NCBI GenBank assembly: GCA_965219265.1
Contig: OZ244730.1
Coordinates: 2,833,834-2,897,833 of the forward strand
Origin: Arenicellales bacterium
GTDB lineage: Bacteria; Pseudomonadota; Gammaproteobacteria; Arenicellales; JAJDZL01
Reading direction: 5' to 3'
DNA: 64,000 nt
Part shown: positions 20,433-28,605 of the stretch, in pieces
Layout: every line of letters begins with the position of its first letter
Position numbering within the stretch: position 1 is the stretch's first letter
Made by a program: the position numbers and the translations under genes
The notes under the pieces: model-generated
Told to the model about the DNA's origin: nothing
The model's input: the letters and a program-made list of their open reading frames with translations, nothing else
Databases searched by the model: none

Positions 20433-21517
20433 TGACGAGTAAACCACCTAAAAAAGGCGCTGAACTTGTACATCCCCAGATTCGAGAACTAACTGCATAT
20501 CGAGTTCAGCCAAACGACTGCGAGATCAAGCTGGATGCAATGGAGAGTCCGTATGGACTCGGTGAACCCTTGTTGGACCGCTGGCATCAGCAACTTAGGC
20601 GTGTAGATGTAAATCGATATCCGGATGCCAGTGGAGAAGCTCTGAAAAAGGGGCTACGGAGTGTATTTGAGATTCCTGACAACGTTGATGTAACGCTGGG
20701 GAATGGCTCGGACGAGCTCCTTCAGCTGATTCAGCTTGCAGTCGGTGGTCACGGACGGTGCATTATGGCGCCTCAGCCGTCTTTCGTTATGTACGAAATC
20801 ATAGCCCGATATACGAGAGGAAATTTTATCGGCGTCGATTTGGATGAGCATTTCCAACTACCTGAGGATGAGTGGCTGTCGTCAGTAGAAAGCAATCGGC
20901 CGGATTGCGTATTTTTCTCCTATCCGAACAATCCAACCGGTAATTTGTTTCCACCGGATGTTATTGAGGAAACCGCACGCCTGACGGATGGATTGGTCGT
21001 AGTTGATGAGGCTTATCATGCGTATTCCAGCGAGAGCATGATGTCCGCAATGAATGATCACGAAAATCTAGTGGTTGTCAGAACTCTATCGAAAAGTGGA
21101 TTGGCTGGATTACGGGTTGGCTATCTTGTGAGTCACCCTGCATGGGGGCATGAGTTCGAAAAACTGCGTCTTCCATACAACATTGGCAGTCTGCATCAGG
21201 AAACTGCGGTGTTCGCGTTGAATCACTGGGACGAAATTCAAATGAGCGAGCACATTATTGCCGAAAGATCACGGGTTTCGTCAGTTCTTGAAAAAGAGGA
21301 AAGATTAAGGGTATACCCGTCCGATACCAATTTTATTACGATCAAAGTAAAGCAGGGGCGGGCTTCAGAACTATTTGAAGCCCTTAAGAGTGAAGGTATT
21401 TTAATTAAGTATCTAGACGGAACTCACCCGATTCTGTCAAACTGTCTACGCATCACAATCGGAACAAAGGCGGAGAATGATTTGATGTGTAGTGCCTTGA
21501 TTCGCAATATTAAATAA
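20429..21517 (+). CDS. hisC: Histidinol-phosphate aminotransferase HisC
   Basis: Class II aminotransferase. PLP-lysine region RTLSKSGLAGLRVGY. 4-nt overlap with hisD. Confidence 0.93.
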   Translation: MMTSKPPKKGAELVHPQIRELTAYRVQPNDCEIKLDAMESPYGLGEPLLDRWHQQLRRVDVNRYPDASGEALKKGLRSVFEIPDNVDVTLGNGSDELLQLIQLAVGGHGRCIMAPQPSFVMYEIIARYTRGNFIGVDLDEHFQLPEDEWLSSVESNRPDCVFFSYPNNPTGNLFPPDVIEETARLTDGLVVVDEAYHAYSSESMMSAMNDHENLVVVRTLSKSGLAGLRVGYLVSHPAWGHEFEKLRLPYNIGSLHQETAVFALNHWDEIQMSEHIIAERSRVSSVLEKEERLRVYPSDTNFITIKVKQGRASELFEALKSEGILIKYLDGTHPILSNCLRITIGTKAENDLMCSALIRNIK

Positions 21518-21546
21518 ACGGCTTCTCATTTTTCAAACAGGTAAGA

Positions 21547-23205
21547 ATGATCAATACCTCGCCCAACTCTCCGTATTATGGGGGAAGTCCCGGACAGAAT
21601 GTAGACGATATTGTTGAGCAGATGAATGAAAGCGACCTCCGTACTATTCTTGGAGAAGACGGCATATCAATTATCGCAGCAATTTCTGAGCCCAAGAACA
21701 AATTGGAAAGGATGCACCGGGTGGCTACAAATTTGCTGCGAAATTATGCCAACAACCTTCTAGTTCGTAGTGATATTCGAGAGATATTTTTAAACTACAT
21801 GTCAAGTGGAAAGCGTGTTGAGCTCGTACAAAGGTTAAATTTATCGAATATCGTCGCGCTAGCTAGCATTGATCCGATAAATGACGCTGTAACACGTCAA
21901 GCATACTTAGGATACTTCGGGATTGATGTTCAAGGAGCTGCTCCTTTCTTAAAGTCTCCAGACAAAACGGAAAGTTCGCCGAATTATGGATTATTCCCAT
22001 ATCAACGACGCACAATGAGACAAGTATGCACCGCAATTGGTGGAGGTCATGGCAGGGTTGTACTGCACATGCCTACAGGTTCGGGAAAGACACGAACGGC
22101 AATGCACATTGTTAGTCAAATTTTGTTGAATTCAGAACCATCTATAGTGGTTTGGTTAGCCGCAAGTGCAGAGTTGCTTGAGCAAGCGGCCGATGCGTTT
22201 CAGAATGCTTGGCCACATCTCGGAAATCGTGAAGTCCAAGTGTTGCGATTTTGGGGTGATCATACACCGGAACTGTCTGGTTTTTCAGATGGCATTGTGA
22301 TTGCGGGGCTTCAAAAAATGTGCGCACTAATGAAACGCGACCGACTTGGTTTACTTCGACTAGGGAAGTTGACTAGACTTGTCGTAGTCGATGAAGCTCA
22401 TCAAGCCATAGCACCTACTTACAAGGAAGTAATAACTACCTTGGCAGAGACAGGCATAAACAATGCACTCCTAGGTTTAACTGCAACACCGGGTCGAACA
22501 TGGTCAGATATAGAAATTGATGCACAACTGTCTGATTTTTTTGAAAATCGGAAAATTCCACTTCAAATTGAGGAAGATGTCAATCCCATTTCCTTTTTAG
22601 TAAATGAAGGATACTTAGCCAAGCCAACATTTCGTCGCCTAGAAGTGGAAACACCATTTAATTTCGATCAACACTCCATTCAAGTGTCAATAAACAGCGA
22701 CTACAATCCAGAAATTTTAGAAACTCTCTCAGAGGACTATAGTAGGAATGTAGTCATTTTGGATGAAATACGACGATTGGTTGACAAAGGGCACAAGCGA
22801 ATAATTTTTTTCGCATCCTCTGTGCGGCATGCCGAACTCATAGACGGGGCGTTGAATGCTTTGGATATCGATAGTCGAATTGTAACTGCTAATACCGGGT
22901 TGACGGAACGAAAGCGAATCATCACATTGTTCAGGGCAGAGAATTCGAAGCCGATGGTCTTAAGCAATTTTGGTGTATTAACGACAGGGTTTGACGCACC
23001 TAACACAAGTGCAGCCGTAATTGCCCGTCCAACAAAATCCCTGGTGTTGTTCAGTCAAATGGTTGGCCGAGCGATACGAGGGCCGAAAGCAGGTGGTAAC
23101 GAAAATTGCACAATATCTACTGTAGTTGACATAAACTTAACCGGCTTCGGAGATGTAGCTGAGGCATTCACTAATTGGGAGGATGTTTGGCATGAACCAA
23201 GTTGA
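21547..23205 (+). CDS. SF2 (DEAH) helicase, ResIII + Helicase_C type; first gene of the island; candidate PT-dependent restriction component
   Basis: Motif I HMPTGSGKTRTA, II VVVDEAHQA, III LGLTATPGR, V GFDAPNTSAAVIARPTKS, VI QMVGRAIRG. The N-terminal ~170 aa are unassigned. Confidence 0.85.
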   Translation: MINTSPNSPYYGGSPGQNVDDIVEQMNESDLRTILGEDGISIIAAISEPKNKLERMHRVATNLLRNYANNLLVRSDIREIFLNYMSSGKRVELVQRLNLSNIVALASIDPINDAVTRQAYLGYFGIDVQGAAPFLKSPDKTESSPNYGLFPYQRRTMRQVCTAIGGGHGRVVLHMPTGSGKTRTAMHIVSQILLNSEPSIVVWLAASAELLEQAADAFQNAWPHLGNREVQVLRFWGDHTPELSGFSDGIVIAGLQKMCALMKRDRLGLLRLGKLTRLVVVDEAHQAIAPTYKEVITTLAETGINNALLGLTATPGRTWSDIEIDAQLSDFFENRKIPLQIEEDVNPISFLVNEGYLAKPTFRRLEVETPFNFDQHSIQVSINSDYNPEILETLSEDYSRNVVILDEIRRLVDKGHKRIIFFASSVRHAELIDGALNALDIDSRIVTANTGLTERKRIITLFRAENSKPMVLSNFGVLTTGFDAPNTSAAVIARPTKSLVLFSQMVGRAIRGPKAGGNENCTISTVVDINLTGFGDVAEAFTNWEDVWHEPS

Positions 23206-25042
23206 AAATTACGAGCAGGGAGATTTATTTGACGCCCAAATTATTCCCCTAAAATTAGCCATTAAAGCGATGCGTGATTCTGGATATAAGAATACTGCGT
23301 ACGCACTCGCGGAGTTAATTGATAATTCGGTACAAGCAGCAGCCGATTGTATTGAAGTTATATGTATCGAAAAACGAGAAATCACAAGAATCCGCGAGGT
23401 TCGAAGACTCTGGAGTATTGGTGTACTTGATAACGGATCAGGCATGAATGAGCATACATTAAGAAAAGCGCTTCAATTCGGCAACGGAACCAGACTTGAT
23501 GATCGAACTGGAATTGGTCGTTTTGGTATGGGGCTTCCGAACTCATCTATTTCCCAAGCAGCACGAGTAGAAGTTTGGAGTTGGCAGAACGGCCCGGACA
23601 ATGCAATTTGGTCGTATATAGATCTCGAAGATATAGAAACTCAGAACATGAAGGAAGTGCCTAAACCTCAACATTCTCCAGTCCCCGATGATTGGCGAGA
23701 AATATCTGATTCTATTGAGCAACATGGAACACTAGTCTTTTGGTCAAAACTTGACGTCTCTAGGCTAACTTGGAAAAAAGCAGATCGGGCATTGCTCCGT
23801 ACAGAAGAGATTGTCGGACGAGTTTACAGAAAGTTCATTAAGGATGACAGTATCACAATTCGATTGTGTGCGATTGAGCAAGGTCAGAAATCTGCACATA
23901 TTGATTACAAAGCCAAATTGAATGACCCGCTATATCTCACTCCTTTGGAGTCACTACCTTCACCTTTCGATAAGAAGGCCATGTTTGAATCCGTGTTTGA
24001 TGAGGATCATTTGATCGAACATAGTGGAAAGAAGCATAAGGTAAAAGTTCGCTATTCTGTGGCTTCAGGAGACACAATTACCGAATCTAATCAAAGCGAT
24101 AGAGGACAAACAAAATATGGAAGACATGCAGCGAAAAATATCGGAGTTTCAGTGGTTCGAGCACATCGTGAAATTATGCTCGACTACGGGTGGTGTATTG
24201 GTTACGATCCGAGAGAACGTTGGTGGGGTGCTGAGGTTAAATTTGATCCGGCACTAGACGAGATTTTTGGTGTACCAAACAACAAGCAAGGCGCAACACA
24301 CTTTGCGGAACTAGCCACCACGGATTGGAAAGAACTCGCGGAAGAAGGCGAGGCATTTAGAGATGTGGTTAATCGCTTGAAGGAGGAAGGGGATCCTCGA
24401 GGTTGGTTGCTCGAACTAAGCGATAGCATTAAGCGGAATCTTCAGCAGTTACGTGAACATATAAGGGGGCAGAGTAAAGGAGTACGGTCTAGTAATAAAA
24501 AGCGCCATAACCAAGCCGACGAAGCTACCGAGACTGTTAATAAAGCGTGGAAAGAGCGATCAAAAACTGTTCCGCTTGGTGAATCCGAACAATCGCCGAC
24601 ACAAGATGACCTCAACGACATCCGTACCGACCTCACCCAGAACAAAGATTACAGTGAAGACTTTGCTGAAGAACTTGTTTCTCTGATTAAAGATGCGGAT
24701 TTGAGCGTAGTATTTCTTGAGGCAGATTTTCCTGATTCATTTCAACTATTCAATGTTGAATTGAAAGGAAATATTACAGAGATTGTATTCAATAGGAGAC
24801 ACCCCGCATTCGATGATATTTTTGGTACGGTAACTACCGTTGACGAGGACGTGAGTGAACTGTTGAAAGAAGAGTTAATTGAACGATTGACAAGGGCGTG
24901 CAACTCTGCAAAGGTAATTTTCGCAGCTTGGGCTCGCTATGAGCGAGAAGCAGGTCTTGAGCGTGCTAGTGCTCTTGAGAGAGTACGTTTTGATTGGGGA
25001 CAAATTGCGTCGAAATTCTTACGACCGGAATCAGATCTCTAG
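23183..25042 (+). CDS. GHKL (Bergerat-fold, HATPase_c-like) ATPase; candidate PT-dependent restriction component
   Basis: N-box ELIDNSVQA, G1 LDNGSGM, G2 GRFGMGLPNSS. The remaining ~400 aa are unassigned and end in an acidic helical tail. Overlaps the helicase gene by 23 nt, or 14 nt if the start is ATG 23192. Confidence 0.8.
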   Translation: MFGMNQVENYEQGDLFDAQIIPLKLAIKAMRDSGYKNTAYALAELIDNSVQAAADCIEVICIEKREITRIREVRRLWSIGVLDNGSGMNEHTLRKALQFGNGTRLDDRTGIGRFGMGLPNSSISQAARVEVWSWQNGPDNAIWSYIDLEDIETQNMKEVPKPQHSPVPDDWREISDSIEQHGTLVFWSKLDVSRLTWKKADRALLRTEEIVGRVYRKFIKDDSITIRLCAIEQGQKSAHIDYKAKLNDPLYLTPLESLPSPFDKKAMFESVFDEDHLIEHSGKKHKVKVRYSVASGDTITESNQSDRGQTKYGRHAAKNIGVSVVRAHREIMLDYGWCIGYDPRERWWGAEVKFDPALDEIFGVPNNKQGATHFAELATTDWKELAEEGEAFRDVVNRLKEEGDPRGWLLELSDSIKRNLQQLREHIRGQSKGVRSSNKKRHNQADEATETVNKAWKERSKTVPLGESEQSPTQDDLNDIRTDLTQNKDYSEDFAEELVSLIKDADLSVVFLEADFPDSFQLFNVELKGNITEIVFNRRHPAFDDIFGTVTTVDEDVSELLKEELIERLTRACNSAKVIFAAWARYEREAGLERASALERVRFDWGQIASKFLRPESDL

Positions 25043-25067
25043 CCATAGTTCTGATTAGTCAAAGTCA

Positions 25068-25982
25068 ATGATAGCTGACGGCGAACGTTTAAAATCTTTT
25101 CTGGAAAAAGCAAGAATTAAGGTTGTCCTATGCGCCCCTTTCATTAAGGAGAAGGTATTACAGACCATTCTTGAGGTTGTATCAGAATCAGTACAAGTCC
25201 AGATTGTCACGAGATGGAGAGCAAGAGAAGTAGCCGCGGGAATTAGTGATTTAGAAATATTCCACATAGCGAAGAAACGACCTAACACAAAGTTAGCACT
25301 ATTAGACGATTTACATGCCAAGCTCTATCTGGCAGACGAACAATGTCTCGTAGGTTCTGCCAATCTGACCGGTAGCGCCCTCGGATGGTCGAAACGTAGC
25401 AATATTGAACTTCTTATACATGCAAAACCGACAGATATTTATGTTGCTTTCCTTCTAGAACAGTTGAAAACAGCAGTACCGGCAACTATTGAAATACTGT
25501 CCGAAATAGAAGCGGCATCAACCGTTTTGAAATCAACGGTTCTTGATGAGGGACAAGACATGACAGGTGATATTGGTTTCCGTAAATTAGCTTGGTTACC
25601 GCGTTGTGCAGCACCGGATAAACTTTGGGAAATTTATAATGATCCGTTAACAACAGTAGTTGTCGAAAATACCAAGAAAGATGGGTGCTCCGATTTAAGG
25701 GATTTACAAATACACCACGGGCTTTCCAAAATTAAGTTTGAAGTCGCCGTACAAAATTCTCTCCTATTGATGCCAGCGTTTAATCAAATAATTGATGAGG
25801 TGCCCAAAGGTATAAAGGATAGTCGAGGCAAAGCACTTATCGCTAGATTTCGTCCAAATTTTGAGGAACAGAATTTGCAAAAACAGTGGTACATTGTTCG
25901 AGCATGGATTGGATACTTTTTTGTAGATAAATTTGAAGTAGCACCAGAATCGTTTATTACCCGCCTAAAGTCAAAACAGTAG
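25068..25982 (+). CDS. PLD-superfamily (single HKD) nuclease-like protein; candidate PT-dependent restriction component
   Basis: One HKD motif, HAKLYLADEQCLVGSANLTGSAL, in the N-terminal half, as in Nuc/NgoFVII/BfiI-type nucleases. C-terminal ~170 aa unassigned. Lies 25 nt after the GHKL gene. Confidence 0.75.
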   Translation: MIADGERLKSFLEKARIKVVLCAPFIKEKVLQTILEVVSESVQVQIVTRWRAREVAAGISDLEIFHIAKKRPNTKLALLDDLHAKLYLADEQCLVGSANLTGSALGWSKRSNIELLIHAKPTDIYVAFLLEQLKTAVPATIEILSEIEAASTVLKSTVLDEGQDMTGDIGFRKLAWLPRCAAPDKLWEIYNDPLTTVVVENTKKDGCSDLRDLQIHHGLSKIKFEVAVQNSLLLMPAFNQIIDEVPKGIKDSRGKALIARFRPNFEEQNLQKQWYIVRAWIGYFFVDKFEVAPESFITRLKSKQ

Positions 25983-26242
25983 AAAGTAAGTCTGTTGAGA
26001 ACGCCACTTATGTTATTCCGCGAATTCGAGGACACTAGTCTTTTGGACGTCATGAAAAGCAAAAATGATGGATATGCGTGATTAGAAATCTCTTGATATT
26101 ACTGGTTAGCTTAATGGTGTGAATTCACTAATTAGAATTTTCTGCTACTCAATACACATCATATTTATATAATAATGAATATCAAAATCGGGGACCGGCA
26201 ATGTATAAACGTCATAATATGACGTATTTATTCATTGCAGTC

Positions 26243-26304
26243 TTGACTTGAAGAGTGCATAAGAAAATAATGAACAAAACGAATTTAAAAAATTCGTTTT
26301 GTTC
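26243..26304 (+). promoter_or_regulatory. Candidate sigma70 promoter abutting a 33-bp palindrome (operator candidate) upstream of sspA
   Basis: TTGACT (26243-26248), 17-nt spacer, AATAAT (26266-26271). Immediately followed by gaacaaaacgaattt-aaa-aaattcgttttgttc (26272-26304), with perfect 15-bp arms. Confidence 0.35.
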
Positions 26305-26457
26305 AAATTCTCATCGGCAGTTCACAATTACCTTCCAGAAGAGGCAGCCACAAGAATTCTATATACATCTGCTCAAAATTATCAGGAAATTAGGAGAACT
26401 TCTACATACGATCAAACGTGTTCGTGTATCAACATATTACGACAAAGAGCGGTTGTA

Positions 26458-27618
26458 TTGAAAGAGATATACCTTGATTACAACGGTTCAACGCCAATAG
26501 ATCCTAGAGTCGCGGAAGTCATGGTGCCAGTTCTTGTTAAAGGCGTCGGAAATGCATCGTCAATGCATCGAATGGGGCAGCGTCAAGCGGCCGCAATTGA
26601 TGAGGCTCGTGAATATGTTGCCGCTTTGGTAGGCGGTCGTCCTTCAAATGTGGTGTTTACGGCGGGTGCGACCGAATCCAATAATTTGGCGCTGATTGGA
26701 ATTTTAAACAACGGGCCAAAATATAAGACAAAAATTCTTGTTTCTGCAGTTGAGCATGTTTCAGTACGGCAAACCGCGTGTTGGATTGGTGAGCAAAAGT
26801 TGGCAGAGATCGAATTTGTTCCTGTTACGAACGGAGGTTTTGTTGATCTTGATGCTTTAGAGGCTCTCGTTGACATTAATACTTTTTTAGTATCCGTAAT
26901 GGCTGCGAACAGCGAAACAGGTGTACTGAACCCCATAGAAAAAATCGCTGAGTTAGCGCATGCGAGCAATGCTCTGTTCCATTGTGATGCGACGCAGTTT
27001 GTGGGTCGATTGCCATTTGATCTAGAAAAGACTGGTGCCGATTTCGTGTCGGTAAGCGGACACAAAATTTGCGGCCCCAGTGGTGTAGGCGCACTTATCG
27101 GTACTCGACAGAGTATGCGAGTGTTGCAACCAATCATTCATGGCGGTGGTCACGAACAAGGACTACGTTCAGGGTCGTTGAATACATCTGGCATCGTTGG
27201 ATTGGGCGCTGCCGCCCAAATTGCAGCAGACGTGCGGGTTTCGGAATCTGAAAACATTGCGAAACTCCGCGACTATCTAACATCCGAGTTAAAGTCACGT
27301 ATTTCCGGAGTCTACGAGAACGGCGATGTTGCAAAAAGACTGCCGAATACTGTCAATGTCCGCTTTGAATCCGCCAACGCAGAAGCGGTATTGGTTAACA
27401 TGGACCCTGTAGCGATATCGACAGGAAGTGCTTGCAGTTCTGGTTCTGTTGAACCATCTAGAGTTTTGTTAGCCATGGGTATAAGCCGCGAAGCGGCCTT
27501 TGAATCCGTGCGATTCAGTTTAGGGCGCTTTACAACACGCGAAGAAATTGATCTTGCCATACAACAAACCACTTCAGCTGTCGGCTATGTTCGGTCTATG
27601 ACTCGAGAGGCGATTTGA
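26458..27618 (+). CDS. sspA: Cysteine desulfurase, class V aminotransferase (SspA/DndA/IscS-like)
   Basis: IYLDYNGSTPIDPRV N-terminus, SVSGHKICGPSGVGAL PLP-lysine motif, SACSSGS active-site Cys loop. A TTG at 26458 gives the canonical N-terminus. The ORF is open from ATG 26299, but that 53-aa extension is low-complexity. Confidence 0.85.
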   Translation: MKEIYLDYNGSTPIDPRVAEVMVPVLVKGVGNASSMHRMGQRQAAAIDEAREYVAALVGGRPSNVVFTAGATESNNLALIGILNNGPKYKTKILVSAVEHVSVRQTACWIGEQKLAEIEFVPVTNGGFVDLDALEALVDINTFLVSVMAANSETGVLNPIEKIAELAHASNALFHCDATQFVGRLPFDLEKTGADFVSVSGHKICGPSGVGALIGTRQSMRVLQPIIHGGGHEQGLRSGSLNTSGIVGLGAAAQIAADVRVSESENIAKLRDYLTSELKSRISGVYENGDVAKRLPNTVNVRFESANAEAVLVNMDPVAISTGSACSSGSVEPSRVLLAMGISREAAFESVRFSLGRFTTREEIDLAIQQTTSAVGYVRSMTREAI

Positions 27619-28592
27619 TGAGACTTGTTCAGGCGGCCGCTCCGGTGTTTGCTCGGCATGAAACATTCCATCCCAGATACGGGTGGTTTCGGAAAGCATA
27701 TTCATGCACAACCGCTGATCCAACAATATTCAGTCGAGACGATGCACCAGTGCGAATTGGAGTTGGCAAAAATATGGTTAGATCAATCCGCTTCTGGGGG
27801 CTAGCAGCAAAACTTATCGAGGAAAGCACTCAAACATATTGTCGCCGAACTTCCGAATTGATTACCACCGACATGGGTGAAGCAATGTTCGGCACTTTTG
27901 GATGGGATCAGTATATGGAAGATCCGGGAACCATGTGGTTGCTACATTGGCTATTGCTTGCTCCTAGGTCCCGGTTACCTGTTTGGTGGTTGGTATTCAA
28001 TGAATTTAACGCAATCGAATTTACTGACCATGACCTTGAATCTGTAGTGACAATGCAACTCGAAATGATTTCGGAGTGGAGAAAACCTTATACGTCATCA
28101 ATTAAAAAGGATGTGAGTACTTTGCTACGTTCTTATGCATCAACAGTACGGATTAAAAATATTGGTATTGATGACCTTCTGGATTGCCCTCTTCGCGAAT
28201 TGAAATTAATTCGTTATTCTGACGAGAGCAAAAAGTATCGGTTTACGTTTGGGATCAAACCAACACTGCCGCCAGAGATTTTAGTTTACGCAGCATTAGA
28301 TTTCATCGTGCGTGCTGATGCAAACGTAAAAACCGTAACACTAAGCCGACTTGCTCATGAATCTGGCGCTCCTGGCAAGATTTTCAAGCTGTCCGAGAGT
28401 GAGATGGTCGCTATACTTGAACCAATCGTAAATCGGTTCAGTTCACTTAATCTCATTTCTACCGCTGGGGCCACACAACTAACGTGTTCTGATGAACCAA
28501 GTAAAATCGCAATTGAAGTGCTAAAAAATTACTATTGTTCTTCAAATTACATTAGTAGTGATAGACTGGTTGCCGACGACTTTTACCACTGA
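27618..28592 (+). CDS. sspB: DUF4007-family protein (SspB, PT-system nickase component)
   Basis: N-terminal FARHETFHPRYGWFRKAY matches the DUF4007 hallmark as I recall it. The ATG shares 1 nt with the sspA stop (tgATG). Confidence 0.7.
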   Translation: MRLVQAAAPVFARHETFHPRYGWFRKAYSCTTADPTIFSRDDAPVRIGVGKNMVRSIRFWGLAAKLIEESTQTYCRRTSELITTDMGEAMFGTFGWDQYMEDPGTMWLLHWLLLAPRSRLPVWWLVFNEFNAIEFTDHDLESVVTMQLEMISEWRKPYTSSIKKDVSTLLRSYASTVRIKNIGIDDLLDCPLRELKLIRYSDESKKYRFTFGIKPTLPPEILVYAALDFIVRADANVKTVTLSRLAHESGAPGKIFKLSESEMVAILEPIVNRFSSLNLISTAGATQLTCSDEPSKIAIEVLKNYYCSSNYISSDRLVADDFYH

Positions 28593-28605
28593 TGAAAGTA
28601 AACTG

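Noticed and set aside
26255-26457. 68-aa ORF and the 53-codon N-terminal extension of the cysteine desulfurase ORF (ATG 26299)
   Set aside because: The sequence is AT-rich and low-complexity, and it overlaps the palindrome and promoter-like region. Cysteine desulfurases normally begin right at the IYLDYN block, reachable from TTG 26458. The start remains uncertain.
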